A stretch of 33,662 nt of DNA from Deltaproteobacteria bacterium TL4 (GTDB lineage Bacteria; SAR324; NAC60-12), in assembly GCA_051382335.1 (NCBI GenBank), contig JBBCAX010000049.1, positions 1 through 33,662 on the forward strand. The letters run 5' to 3'. Below are positions 1-8,995 of the stretch, one piece after another. The translations under genes were made by a program, and so were the position numbers. The first letter of the stretch is position 1, and each line of letters opens with the position of its first letter. Below the pieces are notes generated by a model. It did not search any database. It worked only from the letters and a program-made list of their open reading frames with translations, and had not been told where the DNA came from.

Positions 1-377
1 GGTTTGGCCTGAAAAACGGGAAATAATAACCTTGCATTAATTCATTCATAAAATAAAACCACTGATATTATTGAATAATTAAAACTAAAACCATGAATCA
101 AATGTTCAAAGTCCAGCATAGATGAATCCTTCATTTTAATAAAGTTTTCTTTAATTGAAAGTATCCCACTCAATCATCACTTTTTTTACGGATGGAATTT
201 CCTAAGAAAACGACGAAATTGCAGGGAAATCTCGATAAAACCAGCAAAGGGAATTCAGATGTTTGTTAGTGTTTGAGGCTTCGAAGCCCCAAACCTATGT
301 TTTTTAAAATAGAGAGTTCACTTAAAATGTTACCTAGCATACTCTTCAAAAAACATCTATAGCATATGTAAAGAAAC

Positions 378-500
378 GGCTATAGTCATCGTTTCGCCAA
401 AAGGCAGCTATCTTTGAAATCCGGCTTCGACTCCGCTCAGCCTCCGAGTGCGTTCCCTGAGCGAAGTCGAAGGGACATTGGCGAAACGATGACTATAGCC
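378..500. mobile_element. 123-bp MITE (IS1595-like ends) enclosing a palindromic REP-like hairpin
   Basis: Perfect 23-bp terminal inverted repeat GGCTATAGTCATCGTTTCGCCAA (378-400) / TTGGCGAAACGATGACTATAGCC (478-500). Exact 8-bp flanking direct repeat AAAGAAAC (370-377, 501-508). Inner inverted repeat CTTCGACTCCGCTCAG (425-440) / CTGAGCGAAGTCGAAG (457-472), 15/16. GGC ends with an 8-bp AT-rich duplication are typical of the IS1595 family; the family assignment is inference. Confidence 0.88.
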
Positions 501-605
501 AAAGAAACTTATCAGTCCACTATTTCAGTTCAAGGGGTTGGCTGTCAGCAAGTCGGGCAAGGTTCAAGTGAGCAAGTGAACGAACTGAGGAAAACCTGCG
601 GAGTT

Positions 606-1490
606 TTACGGCGTTTCTTTGTATCCCCTGAAGATCTGGAGTTGCCAGTCTTTGTTTTTATATTTTGAAACAAAGCCTTCAACATACAGGATATCATTTT
701 TCTTGAGCGTATTCAGCTTGAGACGTTGTCTTTGCTTTTCAAAAGAAATGATTGGAAAACCTGTTTTCATTTGCGGATGCTTCAGATAGATCAACTGCGC
801 TCCTTGAGAAAGATCCTTGAGCGTTTGAACGGTTCCGTAGGTTTTAAGGAAGTGATTGTTATATTTTGAGGGATCCAGGTGTTCCAGGGCTCGTTGCTGA
901 ACAACAAACCATTTATTTTGTGATGAATAAACGGTCCGTCCTTCAGCCTTGAGGCGAGTCAAGTATTTTTGGCGGGATTGTGGGGAACTCCAAATTCCCT
1001 TTTTATTATTAAACGCAAGGGCTTCGGCCTGAAGATAGACCTCAAAATCGTCAGGCCATTCAAACCTTGTATCAAAAGGGCTATGCCCTTTACGGATAAT
1101 TTCCAAATTCAGATTTTTTTGATTTGAGGTCAGTAAACCTAAAATCCGGTGATAGGTATCGAATTTTTGATCAGGGTTGGTCCACAGCAGCAAGGTGGAT
1201 TGGGTGATCGCCTTTTCCAAAAACCCTTTTGCGGATACGCCAAATCTTAAGTCCTTTCCCTTATGAGAATCCGAGAGTTCCGGAGTATCTACATACCACA
1301 GTCGGATACGCTCCGTTTTAGTTAGTTTTTTGTTTTGATTCAGATCAATATCCAAGGTGTCTCCGTCAATCACTTTTTTCGCATAAGCGGAAACCTTCTT
1401 AGCCTCCCATTTTGCGGGAACGCCCTCTTGACTCCAGCCACTGGGGCCTTGAACCATCACGATGAGTATTAAGAAGCTTATTTTCAACAT
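606..1490 (-). CDS. Secreted thermonuclease (staphylococcal nuclease family) with C-terminal OB-fold-like extension
   Basis: Hydrophobic N-terminal signal; SNase motifs VIDGDT, RIRLWYVDTPE, DTYHRILG, NLEIIRKG, KKGIW. The last ~100 aa are beta-rich (OB-like, inference). Confidence 0.85.
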   Translation of the reverse strand: MLKISFLILIVMVQGPSGWSQEGVPAKWEAKKVSAYAKKVIDGDTLDIDLNQNKKLTKTERIRLWYVDTPELSDSHKGKDLRFGVSAKGFLEKAITQSTLLLWTNPDQKFDTYHRILGLLTSNQKNLNLEIIRKGHSPFDTRFEWPDDFEVYLQAEALAFNNKKGIWSSPQSRQKYLTRLKAEGRTVYSSQNKWFVVQQRALEHLDPSKYNNHFLKTYGTVQTLKDLSQGAQLIYLKHPQMKTGFPIISFEKQRQRLKLNTLKKNDILYVEGFVSKYKNKDWQLQIFRGYKETP

Positions 1491-2455
1491 GGAGGACTAC
1501 CTGGTTTTTCAGTAACGATTTGAAGTTGATCCGCCTTAAGCAGCACCTGCACATGCCCTGATAAACCATTGACATAGACAGAAATATGATTGGTGTTGAA
1601 CCAGTCTCTCAAGCGGAGACTTCTTGGACTGCACCATAAATTTTGGGGAGAGGGGACCAACGCATATTGCGGATGGACCCGTTCAAAGAACAAATCATTC
1701 GCCACCGATTCAACTCCATGGTGAGGCACTTTCAAGAAAGAGGCTTTCAAGTCTTCCAATCCCTGATCATTGCCGGAAATATAATTTCCGACAGGTTTGT
1801 TCAAATCACCCGCAAATAAGATCCGGTGCTTTTGGTACTCCAGCCTCAGGATCAAAGACATATCATTCACATCTGTTTTTCCAACAGGGGTATGAACCCC
1901 GTCAAAAGCATAAAGAATCTTTAAAGTAACCTGATTTCCCAAATCGAAGACTTGTCCCGCTGTCGCAATTTTTAGTTCCGCACCGTGGTCCACGGCCTTT
2001 TTTTGATGAGAGATCACACTTTCATAATGGCATCCCCAGGGGATCTCAAAATCACAACGTTCTTTATCCGGTAAATTAAAATAGAGTTCCTTGATTTGAA
2101 CGCCGTCATTGACCAAAGCGGAAAGGCCTTCATAATGATCCCGGTGCGGATGTGTAATGAACACCTTATCAAAGGAGGAGAGGCCTTTGGCTTCAATAAA
2201 AGGAATCAGGCTTTGTTGCGCTTCGTCATAATATCCCGCATCAATCAAAATCGTTTGCCCGCCTTTGACTTGAATGATATGCGCGTCCCCTTGTAACGCT
2301 CTATTGACGTTGACCATGCTCCACACCAAATCCCCGGACAGAGGTTGCCTGACCCTTTGCAAGGTCGTGGTTGAGGGATCTTTTTTTGAATTTTTAGAAT
2401 CAAGACAGGAAGTCAGGAAAAAAGCACACAAGCATACGGCAGCTATTATTTTCAT
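1484..2455 (-). CDS. ComEC/Rec2-type MBL-fold metallo-hydrolase, predicted lipoprotein
   Basis: Lipobox-like FLTSC; motifs QGDA, LIDAG, THPHRDH, NDMSLILRL, LFAGDL, LKVPHHG. No ComEC membrane channel domain. Overlaps the nuclease start by 7 nt. Confidence 0.82.
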   Translation of the reverse strand: MKIIAAVCLCAFFLTSCLDSKNSKKDPSTTTLQRVRQPLSGDLVWSMVNVNRALQGDAHIIQVKGGQTILIDAGYYDEAQQSLIPFIEAKGLSSFDKVFITHPHRDHYEGLSALVNDGVQIKELYFNLPDKERCDFEIPWGCHYESVISHQKKAVDHGAELKIATAGQVFDLGNQVTLKILYAFDGVHTPVGKTDVNDMSLILRLEYQKHRILFAGDLNKPVGNYISGNDQGLEDLKASFLKVPHHGVESVANDLFFERVHPQYALVPSPQNLWCSPRSLRLRDWFNTNHISVYVNGLSGHVQVLLKADQLQIVTEKPGSPPC

Positions 2456-2654
2456 GGAACAAACCTCAGAGTCCTCTGCGTTTTTGAGTTAAAGCGACAA
2501 CCTACACTAAGGTAATGTAGCAATAATCAAAGCGTAAGTGAAGTGAGGGATAGACATTTCCTCGCTTATTTTGTTAAAGAGTAAATAACGGAGGTATTAT
2601 CGGTTCTCCCACAGGGCTTAAAATTATCGGAAAATCTTTTTCATTGAAAAAATT

Positions 2655-4313
2655 ATGCGAATACATGCACCAGATTTTATAATTCGTCAGATATCCTTAC
2701 TGGTCCTCATGGTTGTCCTCATTAACGCGGGATGTAGTGTTGATGATTCAAACTCAAATGAAAAGGCACTTATTAAATTATCAGCGTCAGCGGTCAGTAT
2801 CCCAGCGGATGGCATTTCAACGGTAACGCTGACGGCCTCAATTTCTGAAGACGCCTCAAAACGAACGATTCGGTTTTTTACAGACAAGGGGAGTTTTATC
2901 GAACGTCAGACTTCAACCGGGTCTGACGTTCAGACAACCAACAGTCTGCTCCAAACTCAGACGAAGGCAGAGACCGATCCTGTCACAGAAAAAAGCGTCA
3001 AAGCCGATCGTTCCGGCAAAGCCTTGGCCACCTTGATCAGCAGCAACTCTGTGGGAACCGCCCACATCGAAGCCACTATTGATGGATATTTGGCTTCAAC
3101 CGCCGTTGATTTTGTCGCTATTGCGGATCCCCTCACACTGAATGTCGCAAACCCCTCGGTTCTTGCTGATGGTGTTTCGTCCACTTTAATCACAGCTACG
3201 GTAAATCCCGGCTTGATCAACCGAACGTTGACTTTCGTCACAGATCGGGGTTATTTCGCTTCTTTGGACGAATCAGGAGCGCGCACACGCAGGCTTACCA
3301 TTAAAACCGACAGTAATGGTTCCGCCAGTACCATATTTTTGAGCAGCACCGAAGTCGGAACCGCTTATATTGAAGCCGTCATTGAAGATTTTCACGCAAG
3401 AACCGTTGTTGAACTGGTTGCCATCTCTGAGCCTTTAGCCTTGAGCGTGGAACAAACAAAAATTTCCGCAAATGGGATGGCTTCGACCTTAGTCAAAGTT
3501 CAAGTCGCGGAAGCGTTCATCAATAAATTATTGACCTTGACAACGGACAGGGGTTCGTTCGGGGCACTGGATGAAACGGGGCAGCGTCTCCACACACTTT
3601 CCATGAACACCGATAGCCAAGGGTTCGCCCAAACAACATTGCTCAGTAGCAGGGATTCAGGTATCGCCTATATAGAAGCCCTCATTGAAGGTTTCCGTGC
3701 CTCAACAACGGTCGAGTTTGAAGCTGTCACCAATCCCTTCTCCTTAAGCCTTGAGCCACACTCTATTCCGGCAGATGGTCTCTCTACGGCAACGATAACC
3801 GTTCAGGTAGAGCCGGGTTTTCGGAACCAACCGCTCCTCTTCAGTACGGATAAAGGTTTTTTTTCGACAAGGACTCCCGCCGTAACCGTCATTCCCAATG
3901 GCGGAGGACAGGCAATAGTCACGTTGATCAGTGGGACTCAAGTGGGAATAGGGCATATTTCAGTAACCTTAAAAGATTTCAATACGCTTGAAAGTTCCTT
4001 GGACTTTACACGCAGTTTGCCAGAATCCCTCATCCTCAATGCTTCCAACGCTACGGTGGCAGCGTATCAAAGTGTTCTCCTCACCGCCACCTTATTGCGC
4101 AGCAGCGGTCAAGCCTCAGAACAAGCGGAGGTTACGTTTTCAACAACCGGAAATCTGGGGCTCATGGACGCACGGGTCTTGTCAGACTCGAAAGGTATCG
4201 CGACAACGAATTTATTCAATCCTGGAGGGACTCCCGGCGGTGTGACGATAACCGCTGCTGTTGGTGAGGGGGAGAAACGGGTTCAGGGTTCAACCGTCAT
4301 TAACTTTGAATGA
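2655..4313 (+). CDS. Lipoprotein with five tandem bacterial Ig-like (Big_1/invasin-type) domains
   Basis: Signal peptide ending NAGC. About 100-aa repeats begin SIPADGISTVTLTA, SVLADGVSSTLITA, KISANGMASTLVKV, SIPADGLSTATITV and TVAAYQSVLLTA, mostly with F/L-x-TD(K/R)G-x-F and TDxxGxA motifs. Confidence 0.8.
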   Translation: MRIHAPDFIIRQISLLVLMVVLINAGCSVDDSNSNEKALIKLSASAVSIPADGISTVTLTASISEDASKRTIRFFTDKGSFIERQTSTGSDVQTTNSLLQTQTKAETDPVTEKSVKADRSGKALATLISSNSVGTAHIEATIDGYLASTAVDFVAIADPLTLNVANPSVLADGVSSTLITATVNPGLINRTLTFVTDRGYFASLDESGARTRRLTIKTDSNGSASTIFLSSTEVGTAYIEAVIEDFHARTVVELVAISEPLALSVEQTKISANGMASTLVKVQVAEAFINKLLTLTTDRGSFGALDETGQRLHTLSMNTDSQGFAQTTLLSSRDSGIAYIEALIEGFRASTTVEFEAVTNPFSLSLEPHSIPADGLSTATITVQVEPGFRNQPLLFSTDKGFFSTRTPAVTVIPNGGGQAIVTLISGTQVGIGHISVTLKDFNTLESSLDFTRSLPESLILNASNATVAAYQSVLLTATLLRSSGQASEQAEVTFSTTGNLGLMDARVLSDSKGIATTNLFNPGGTPGGVTITAAVGEGEKRVQGSTVINFE

Positions 4314-4405
4314 ACACGAATTTTTTTTGTAAAGAGTTTTTCTTTTGAAGAGTTTCCGGATAACCGGATGATCGGAATTTTAGAAAATTAGGGGCAACCG
4401 TGTTG

Positions 4406-4972
4406 TTACAAAAACTTAAGCAGATAGCTTCCGAGAATGTAAAAGAGATCGAGTCCGACTATCCCATAAAAGAGGTATCGCAAAATTTGGGAAAGTTGAC
4501 GTTGCTCCCAAAGAACCAAAGTGCAAATGATGAAAAAACTGTAATGAAAACCAAAAAACACGGTGCTCCCGATGCCTTGTGATAAGCCATAGATCAACGC
4601 ATACCCCAAGCCAGTGCTGATTTCAATCCAAAGAGAACGGTACCCGTAAAAAATGCCACATTGACGACAAGTTCCCCGACCCGCCATAAAAGAAAATATC
4701 GGAATGTTTTCATACCATTTGAGTTGATAACCACAGGCAAAACAAAAGGAGCGTGCGGGATGGGCAATGTTCAAACGACCTTGGGCCACCAGCGTTTTTA
4801 AACGATCAGAAAGCTGGTGGTTGTGGAGGAGTTCCTTTTTTGCCTCGGTTGACAGAAATTGAAGCGGAATGCGATCAATGCACACATTCATAAAACTGCC
4901 GATTGCGGCTCCAAAAACAAAAGAAAAAAACAACTCCATCGCATACAGCAAATTCCACATAGGGGCACTCAT
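4406..4972 (-). CDS. Prepilin peptidase (A24A/PilD) N-terminal-domain protein, short and apparently lacking the peptidase catalytic motifs
   Basis: FGAAIGSFMNVCIDRIP, RSFCFACGYQLKWYENIPIFSF and RGTCRQCG match the PilD N-terminal Cys4 domain. The ORF is only 188 aa with no GxGD motif. The start may be a few codons downstream. Confidence 0.75.
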   Translation of the reverse strand: MSAPMWNLLYAMELFFSFVFGAAIGSFMNVCIDRIPLQFLSTEAKKELLHNHQLSDRLKTLVAQGRLNIAHPARSFCFACGYQLKWYENIPIFSFMAGRGTCRQCGIFYGYRSLWIEISTGLGYALIYGLSQGIGSTVFFGFHYSFFIICTLVLWEQRQLSQILRYLFYGIVGLDLFYILGSYLLKFL

Positions 4973-5227
4973 AAAAAAACTTGGGGTATCCGCATATTTT
5001 TCAAACGATAACTGTTTATTTTCTCAACAAGATAAAGTTAACGCCGTCAATCGGAAGAGGACTCTGCCTTTTAGCACAAACCACCGCAGAGTAACAGTTC
5101 CAAATGTACGGAAATTTCGATTTTCAATTTGCCAAATCGGTTTGATTGCTTCAGAATAAGGCGGGGTGATTTTTTACTTTTCCGATGTTTTCGTGATTAT
5201 GTTCCGGTATGTGGATGAAAAGGTGGT

Positions 5228-8200
5228 ATGATGTTCTCTATGAATAAAGTCGGGTTCCGCTCCCTTGAATCGCAGCTTGGTCTGATCTTCCTGCTACTCT
5301 TGCTTTTGCCTACGTCCTTCATTGGCTGGATGGCCTATGGGGTAGCCATAGATGTTGTAAAATCCGATCGTATCAAAGCGGTTGGACGGGTTGCCGATGC
5401 GCGACATGAACAAATGAAGATGGTTTTTCAGCGTGCCTCCGAACGCGTTGAGGGGAAGTTGGCTGATTTGCGACGGACTTGTGTCGAACCGCGCCATAAC
5501 CCGGCTTGTGTCCGTCAGGCGTTGACTGCCTTTATCCAAAGCGAAGGCGCGCTGGGCGCCACTATTCACGGTTTAGACGCCCCCCTGACGGAGGGAGAAT
5601 CCGCCGTTGCTGAGGAAATTCCAAGGTTCAAGAAGGACCAACTCGCTCAATTCACAAAATACGAAACAGGCATTGAACGCCGCTATTTCATTGTGGCTGA
5701 GGAACCCGGGGAAAAACTCCGATTGGCGGTCACCTATTCAGTCAAGGTGCTTCAATCCGTCTTCATTTCTCACCTTGATCTCGGGAATTCCGGTGAAACT
5801 TTTCTCACTGATGACCAGGGCTTCTTCATCACTAAAGCCCGCTACCCCTCCATTCAGGGATACAGTCACCCGATTTATGCTACGCCGATGCTGCGTTGCC
5901 TGACTCCCGAGAATGCTGAGACGCTCGATCTTGATTATCGCGACGTACCGATTATCCACGGCTTCCGCTTCATTCCGGAAATAGGCGGGGGTTGTCTCAT
6001 GGCACACATCGACCAGGCCGAAGCCTTTGGTCCACTGAGCACCTGGAGGAAACATTTTTTTACCTTCATTCTCGTCTTTGCCGTATTGGCGGTCATCGTT
6101 GCCATCTTTTTTGCGCGATGGCTTACCCGCCCCATCAGTCAACTCACCAAGGTGACTCATGATATCGCGGCGGGAGCCCATTTCGTGAGGGCTGTGCCGG
6201 TTGGCTTCAGCGAAGTAGTTGAACTGGCCAAGGCTTTCAATGCCATGACCGACCAATTGACAGAGATCAATGCCGGCTTGGAGCAGCGGGTATTGGAACG
6301 GACAGAATCCCTGCGTGAAGGTCATGAAACGCTCCAAGATATTCTGGCAACTACCCTGAATGGCTATTGGCGTGTTGATCTCCAGGGCCATCTGCTTGAA
6401 GTCAATGCGACTTACTGTCAACAATCGGGATATACACGTGATGAGTTACTGGGAAGGAAAATCTCTGAACTGGATGTGATCAAAAATCCTGAGGAGACAG
6501 CAAAACACATCAAGCAGTTGAAAGCGAAGGGATCCGACCTATTTGAATCCATACACCGCCGCAAAGATGGATCACTCTGGCATGTCGAGGTGAGTGCCAC
6601 GTATCGTGACTCTTCAGGTGGGCAGCTCATTGTGTTCCTGCACGATATTTCGGAGCGTATACGTACCAATGAAAAAACCACAACCGCGCTCAAAGAGCTT
6701 GAAATTGCTATGTGCGCGCAGAAGGAACAAGAAATAGAGTTGCGCCAATATAAGGCTATCATTGATTCTTCATCTGATGCGATTATCAGTAAAACACTCA
6801 AGGGCACCATCATGAGCTGGAACCTTGGTGCCGAAAAACTCTTCGGTTTTACAACCCAGGAAGCCATCGGCCAATCGATGAAAATCACGATTCCAACAGA
6901 GCGGATTAGTGAAGAACCTGAAGTGTTGAAGCGTATTGCGAACGGTGAGCGAATTGATCATTTTGAGACAGTTCGCTGCCGCAAAGATGGGCACTTGATT
7001 GATATATCCGCAACCATATCGCCTGTTTTGGATGAGCGTGGCAACGTCATTGCTATTTCCAATATTTCCAGGGATATGACTGAACGCAAGCAGGTGCAAA
7101 GTCAGTTGGAGCGTATTAACGAACAACTCAAACTACGCACGATCGAGGCCGAAGAAGCCAACCGGATCAAGTCTGAATTTATTTCCAACATGAGTCACGA
7201 AATACGCACTCCAATGAACGCCATCATCGGCCTTGCTGATTTGGCTCTGAGCCAGAACCTGTCAGCCAAGCTGCGCGATTATTTGAGCAAGATACACACC
7301 TCTTCCCTGGCATTGCTCTCCATCATCAACGATATTCTGGATTTTTCCAAGGTGGAAGCCGGTCGTTTGGAACTGGATGCACAGGAATTCAATCTGGAAA
7401 AAATGCTGAAGAATGTGTTTGATCTGTTCATTACGCATGCTGAGGAAAAAGGAATTGAACTCTTTGTGACTATATGGCCCAACGTTTCGTTGATGCTGGT
7501 GGGTGACGGCATGCGCTTGGGGCAGGTGATGAACAACCTGATCGGTAACGCCGTAAAGTTCACGGATTCCGGTGAAATTCATATCAAGGTTGAACAGACC
7601 CTGACGGAGAGAGGCTATACGACACTTCATTTCTCGGTTCGAGATACCGGTATCGGCATCTCCCGTGAGCAACTCACACTCTTGTTCAAACCGTTCACCC
7701 AGGCTGACAGGTCGATTACCCGACGCTTTGGCGGTACCGGCTTGGGGCTGACCATCAGTCAACGGCTGGTGGAAATGATGGGCGGCACGATTTCCGTGGA
7801 AAGTGTACCGGGTCAGGGTAGCACCTTCAGCTTTACGCTACGCTTTGCCGTATCCGAACCGAACTGTCCTACCCAGCATGAATATGCCGCTTCAGCAGCG
7901 CCTGATATCAACAAAATCGCGGCCAGTATCCAAGGTGCGCGCATTCTGCTGGTTGAAGACAATCCTGTCAATGTCCAGGTGTCCCAAGAAATATTGGAGC
8001 GCGCCGGATTCCTTGTGGATGTGGCCAACAATGGGCAACAGGCATTGGACCTCTTGCCGTCTGAGCGTTTTGACGCGGTGCTGATGGACGTGCAGATGCC
8101 TGTGATGGATGGTTTTATGGCGTCCCGGGAGATTCGGAAAAACCCAAAGTTCGCCGATTTACCGATTATCGCGATGACCGCCGCAGCCACGGATCTCGAC

Positions 8201-8965
8201 AGAAAAGCTTGCTTGGCCGCAGGAATGACGGATCATGTGGCAAAACCGATCATGCCCCTGGATCTGATGACTGTACTGAAAAAGTGGATCAAAAATGGAC
8301 AGACGTTTGATCGAAATGGTACGATGAAAAGTGTTTCCTCAGGGGCGGCAGGAGATCCCAGGCTTCCGGCTGAATTGCCAGGTTTTACCCTTAGAGAGTC
8401 ACTGGCACTGGTCAGTGGAAACCATGCGATACTCATCCGGGTGATGCGTCAATTTGCCGGAATATTTGCCAAGGCTGCCGATGAAATGAAGCAACTCCTC
8501 AAGTCGGGTCAGCTGGATCAAGCAGGGGCTTTGGCTCACAAGCTCAGAGGTGGAGCGGGAAACATCGGTGCCAGGGAACTTCATACCGCGGCAGCCAAAC
8601 TCGAACAGGAGATCAAAAAAGCGGTATCCATTACCAGCCTGGAATTATTCGAGCGGGAACTGGTACAGGTCTTGTCTTCCATTGCATCGCTGCCAGAAGT
8701 CCCACGTCCACCGATAATTGCTTCGATTTGTGAAAAATGTAAATGGGTGGATGCCAAGGGCTTGTTCCGTCAATTGCAAGTGCTGTTGGAAAATCATGAT
8801 TTGATTCCTGACGAATTGATCACTGAATTGAAGAATTGCATCGGGTGTCAAGAAATGCTAAATGATTTGGATGTGTTAGTCCGTCATGTGGTCAATTTTG
8901 ACTACTTCAGGGCACTGACCCTTCTTCAAGCAATCCAGTGTACGAAGGAGCACAAACGGGTTTAA
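5228..8965 (+). CDS. Hybrid sensor histidine kinase (TM-periplasmic Cache-like-TM-HAMP-PAS-PAS-HisKA-HATPase-REC-Hpt)
   Basis: Two TM segments; HAMP (TRPISQL...ELAKAFNAM); two PAS/PAC motifs (RRKDGS, CRKDGH); H-box FISNMSHEIRTPMNAIIG; NLIGNAVKFT, VRDTGIGI, FGGTGLGL; REC ILLVEDN...LMDVQMPVMDG...KP; Hpt AHKLRGGAGNIGA. Confidence 0.95.
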   Translation: MMFSMNKVGFRSLESQLGLIFLLLLLLPTSFIGWMAYGVAIDVVKSDRIKAVGRVADARHEQMKMVFQRASERVEGKLADLRRTCVEPRHNPACVRQALTAFIQSEGALGATIHGLDAPLTEGESAVAEEIPRFKKDQLAQFTKYETGIERRYFIVAEEPGEKLRLAVTYSVKVLQSVFISHLDLGNSGETFLTDDQGFFITKARYPSIQGYSHPIYATPMLRCLTPENAETLDLDYRDVPIIHGFRFIPEIGGGCLMAHIDQAEAFGPLSTWRKHFFTFILVFAVLAVIVAIFFARWLTRPISQLTKVTHDIAAGAHFVRAVPVGFSEVVELAKAFNAMTDQLTEINAGLEQRVLERTESLREGHETLQDILATTLNGYWRVDLQGHLLEVNATYCQQSGYTRDELLGRKISELDVIKNPEETAKHIKQLKAKGSDLFESIHRRKDGSLWHVEVSATYRDSSGGQLIVFLHDISERIRTNEKTTTALKELEIAMCAQKEQEIELRQYKAIIDSSSDAIISKTLKGTIMSWNLGAEKLFGFTTQEAIGQSMKITIPTERISEEPEVLKRIANGERIDHFETVRCRKDGHLIDISATISPVLDERGNVIAISNISRDMTERKQVQSQLERINEQLKLRTIEAEEANRIKSEFISNMSHEIRTPMNAIIGLADLALSQNLSAKLRDYLSKIHTSSLALLSIINDILDFSKVEAGRLELDAQEFNLEKMLKNVFDLFITHAEEKGIELFVTIWPNVSLMLVGDGMRLGQVMNNLIGNAVKFTDSGEIHIKVEQTLTERGYTTLHFSVRDTGIGISREQLTLLFKPFTQADRSITRRFGGTGLGLTISQRLVEMMGGTISVESVPGQGSTFSFTLRFAVSEPNCPTQHEYAASAAPDINKIAASIQGARILLVEDNPVNVQVSQEILERAGFLVDVANNGQQALDLLPSERFDAVLMDVQMPVMDGFMASREIRKNPKFADLPIIAMTAAATDLDRKACLAAGMTDHVAKPIMPLDLMTVLKKWIKNGQTFDRNGTMKSVSSGAAGDPRLPAELPGFTLRESLALVSGNHAILIRVMRQFAGIFAKAADEMKQLLKSGQLDQAGALAHKLRGGAGNIGARELHTAAAKLEQEIKKAVSITSLELFERELVQVLSSIASLPEVPRPPIIASICEKCKWVDAKGLFRQLQVLLENHDLIPDELITELKNCIGCQEMLNDLDVLVRHVVNFDYFRALTLLQAIQCTKEHKRV

Positions 8966-8995
8966 TTTGAAACACTCCATGAGAAGTCTTGAATA

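Noticed and set aside
1..370. AT-rich leader with a 24-bp imperfect palindrome GTTTGAGGCTTCGAAGCCCCAAAC (271-294)
   Set aside because: It could be a terminator or an element remnant, but there is no partner repeat, TSD or upstream gene within the window to support a call.
414..668. 84-aa ORF
   Set aside because: It starts inside the MITE and overlaps the nuclease on the opposite strand; likely spurious.
4355..4368. TCCGG-ATAA-CCGGA hairpin between convergent genes
   Set aside because: A 5-bp stem with no adjacent U-tract is too weak to call a terminator.
1484..4972. Complete natural competence locus
   Set aside because: No ComEC channel domain, ComEA, pilins or secretin, and the genes are on mixed strands.
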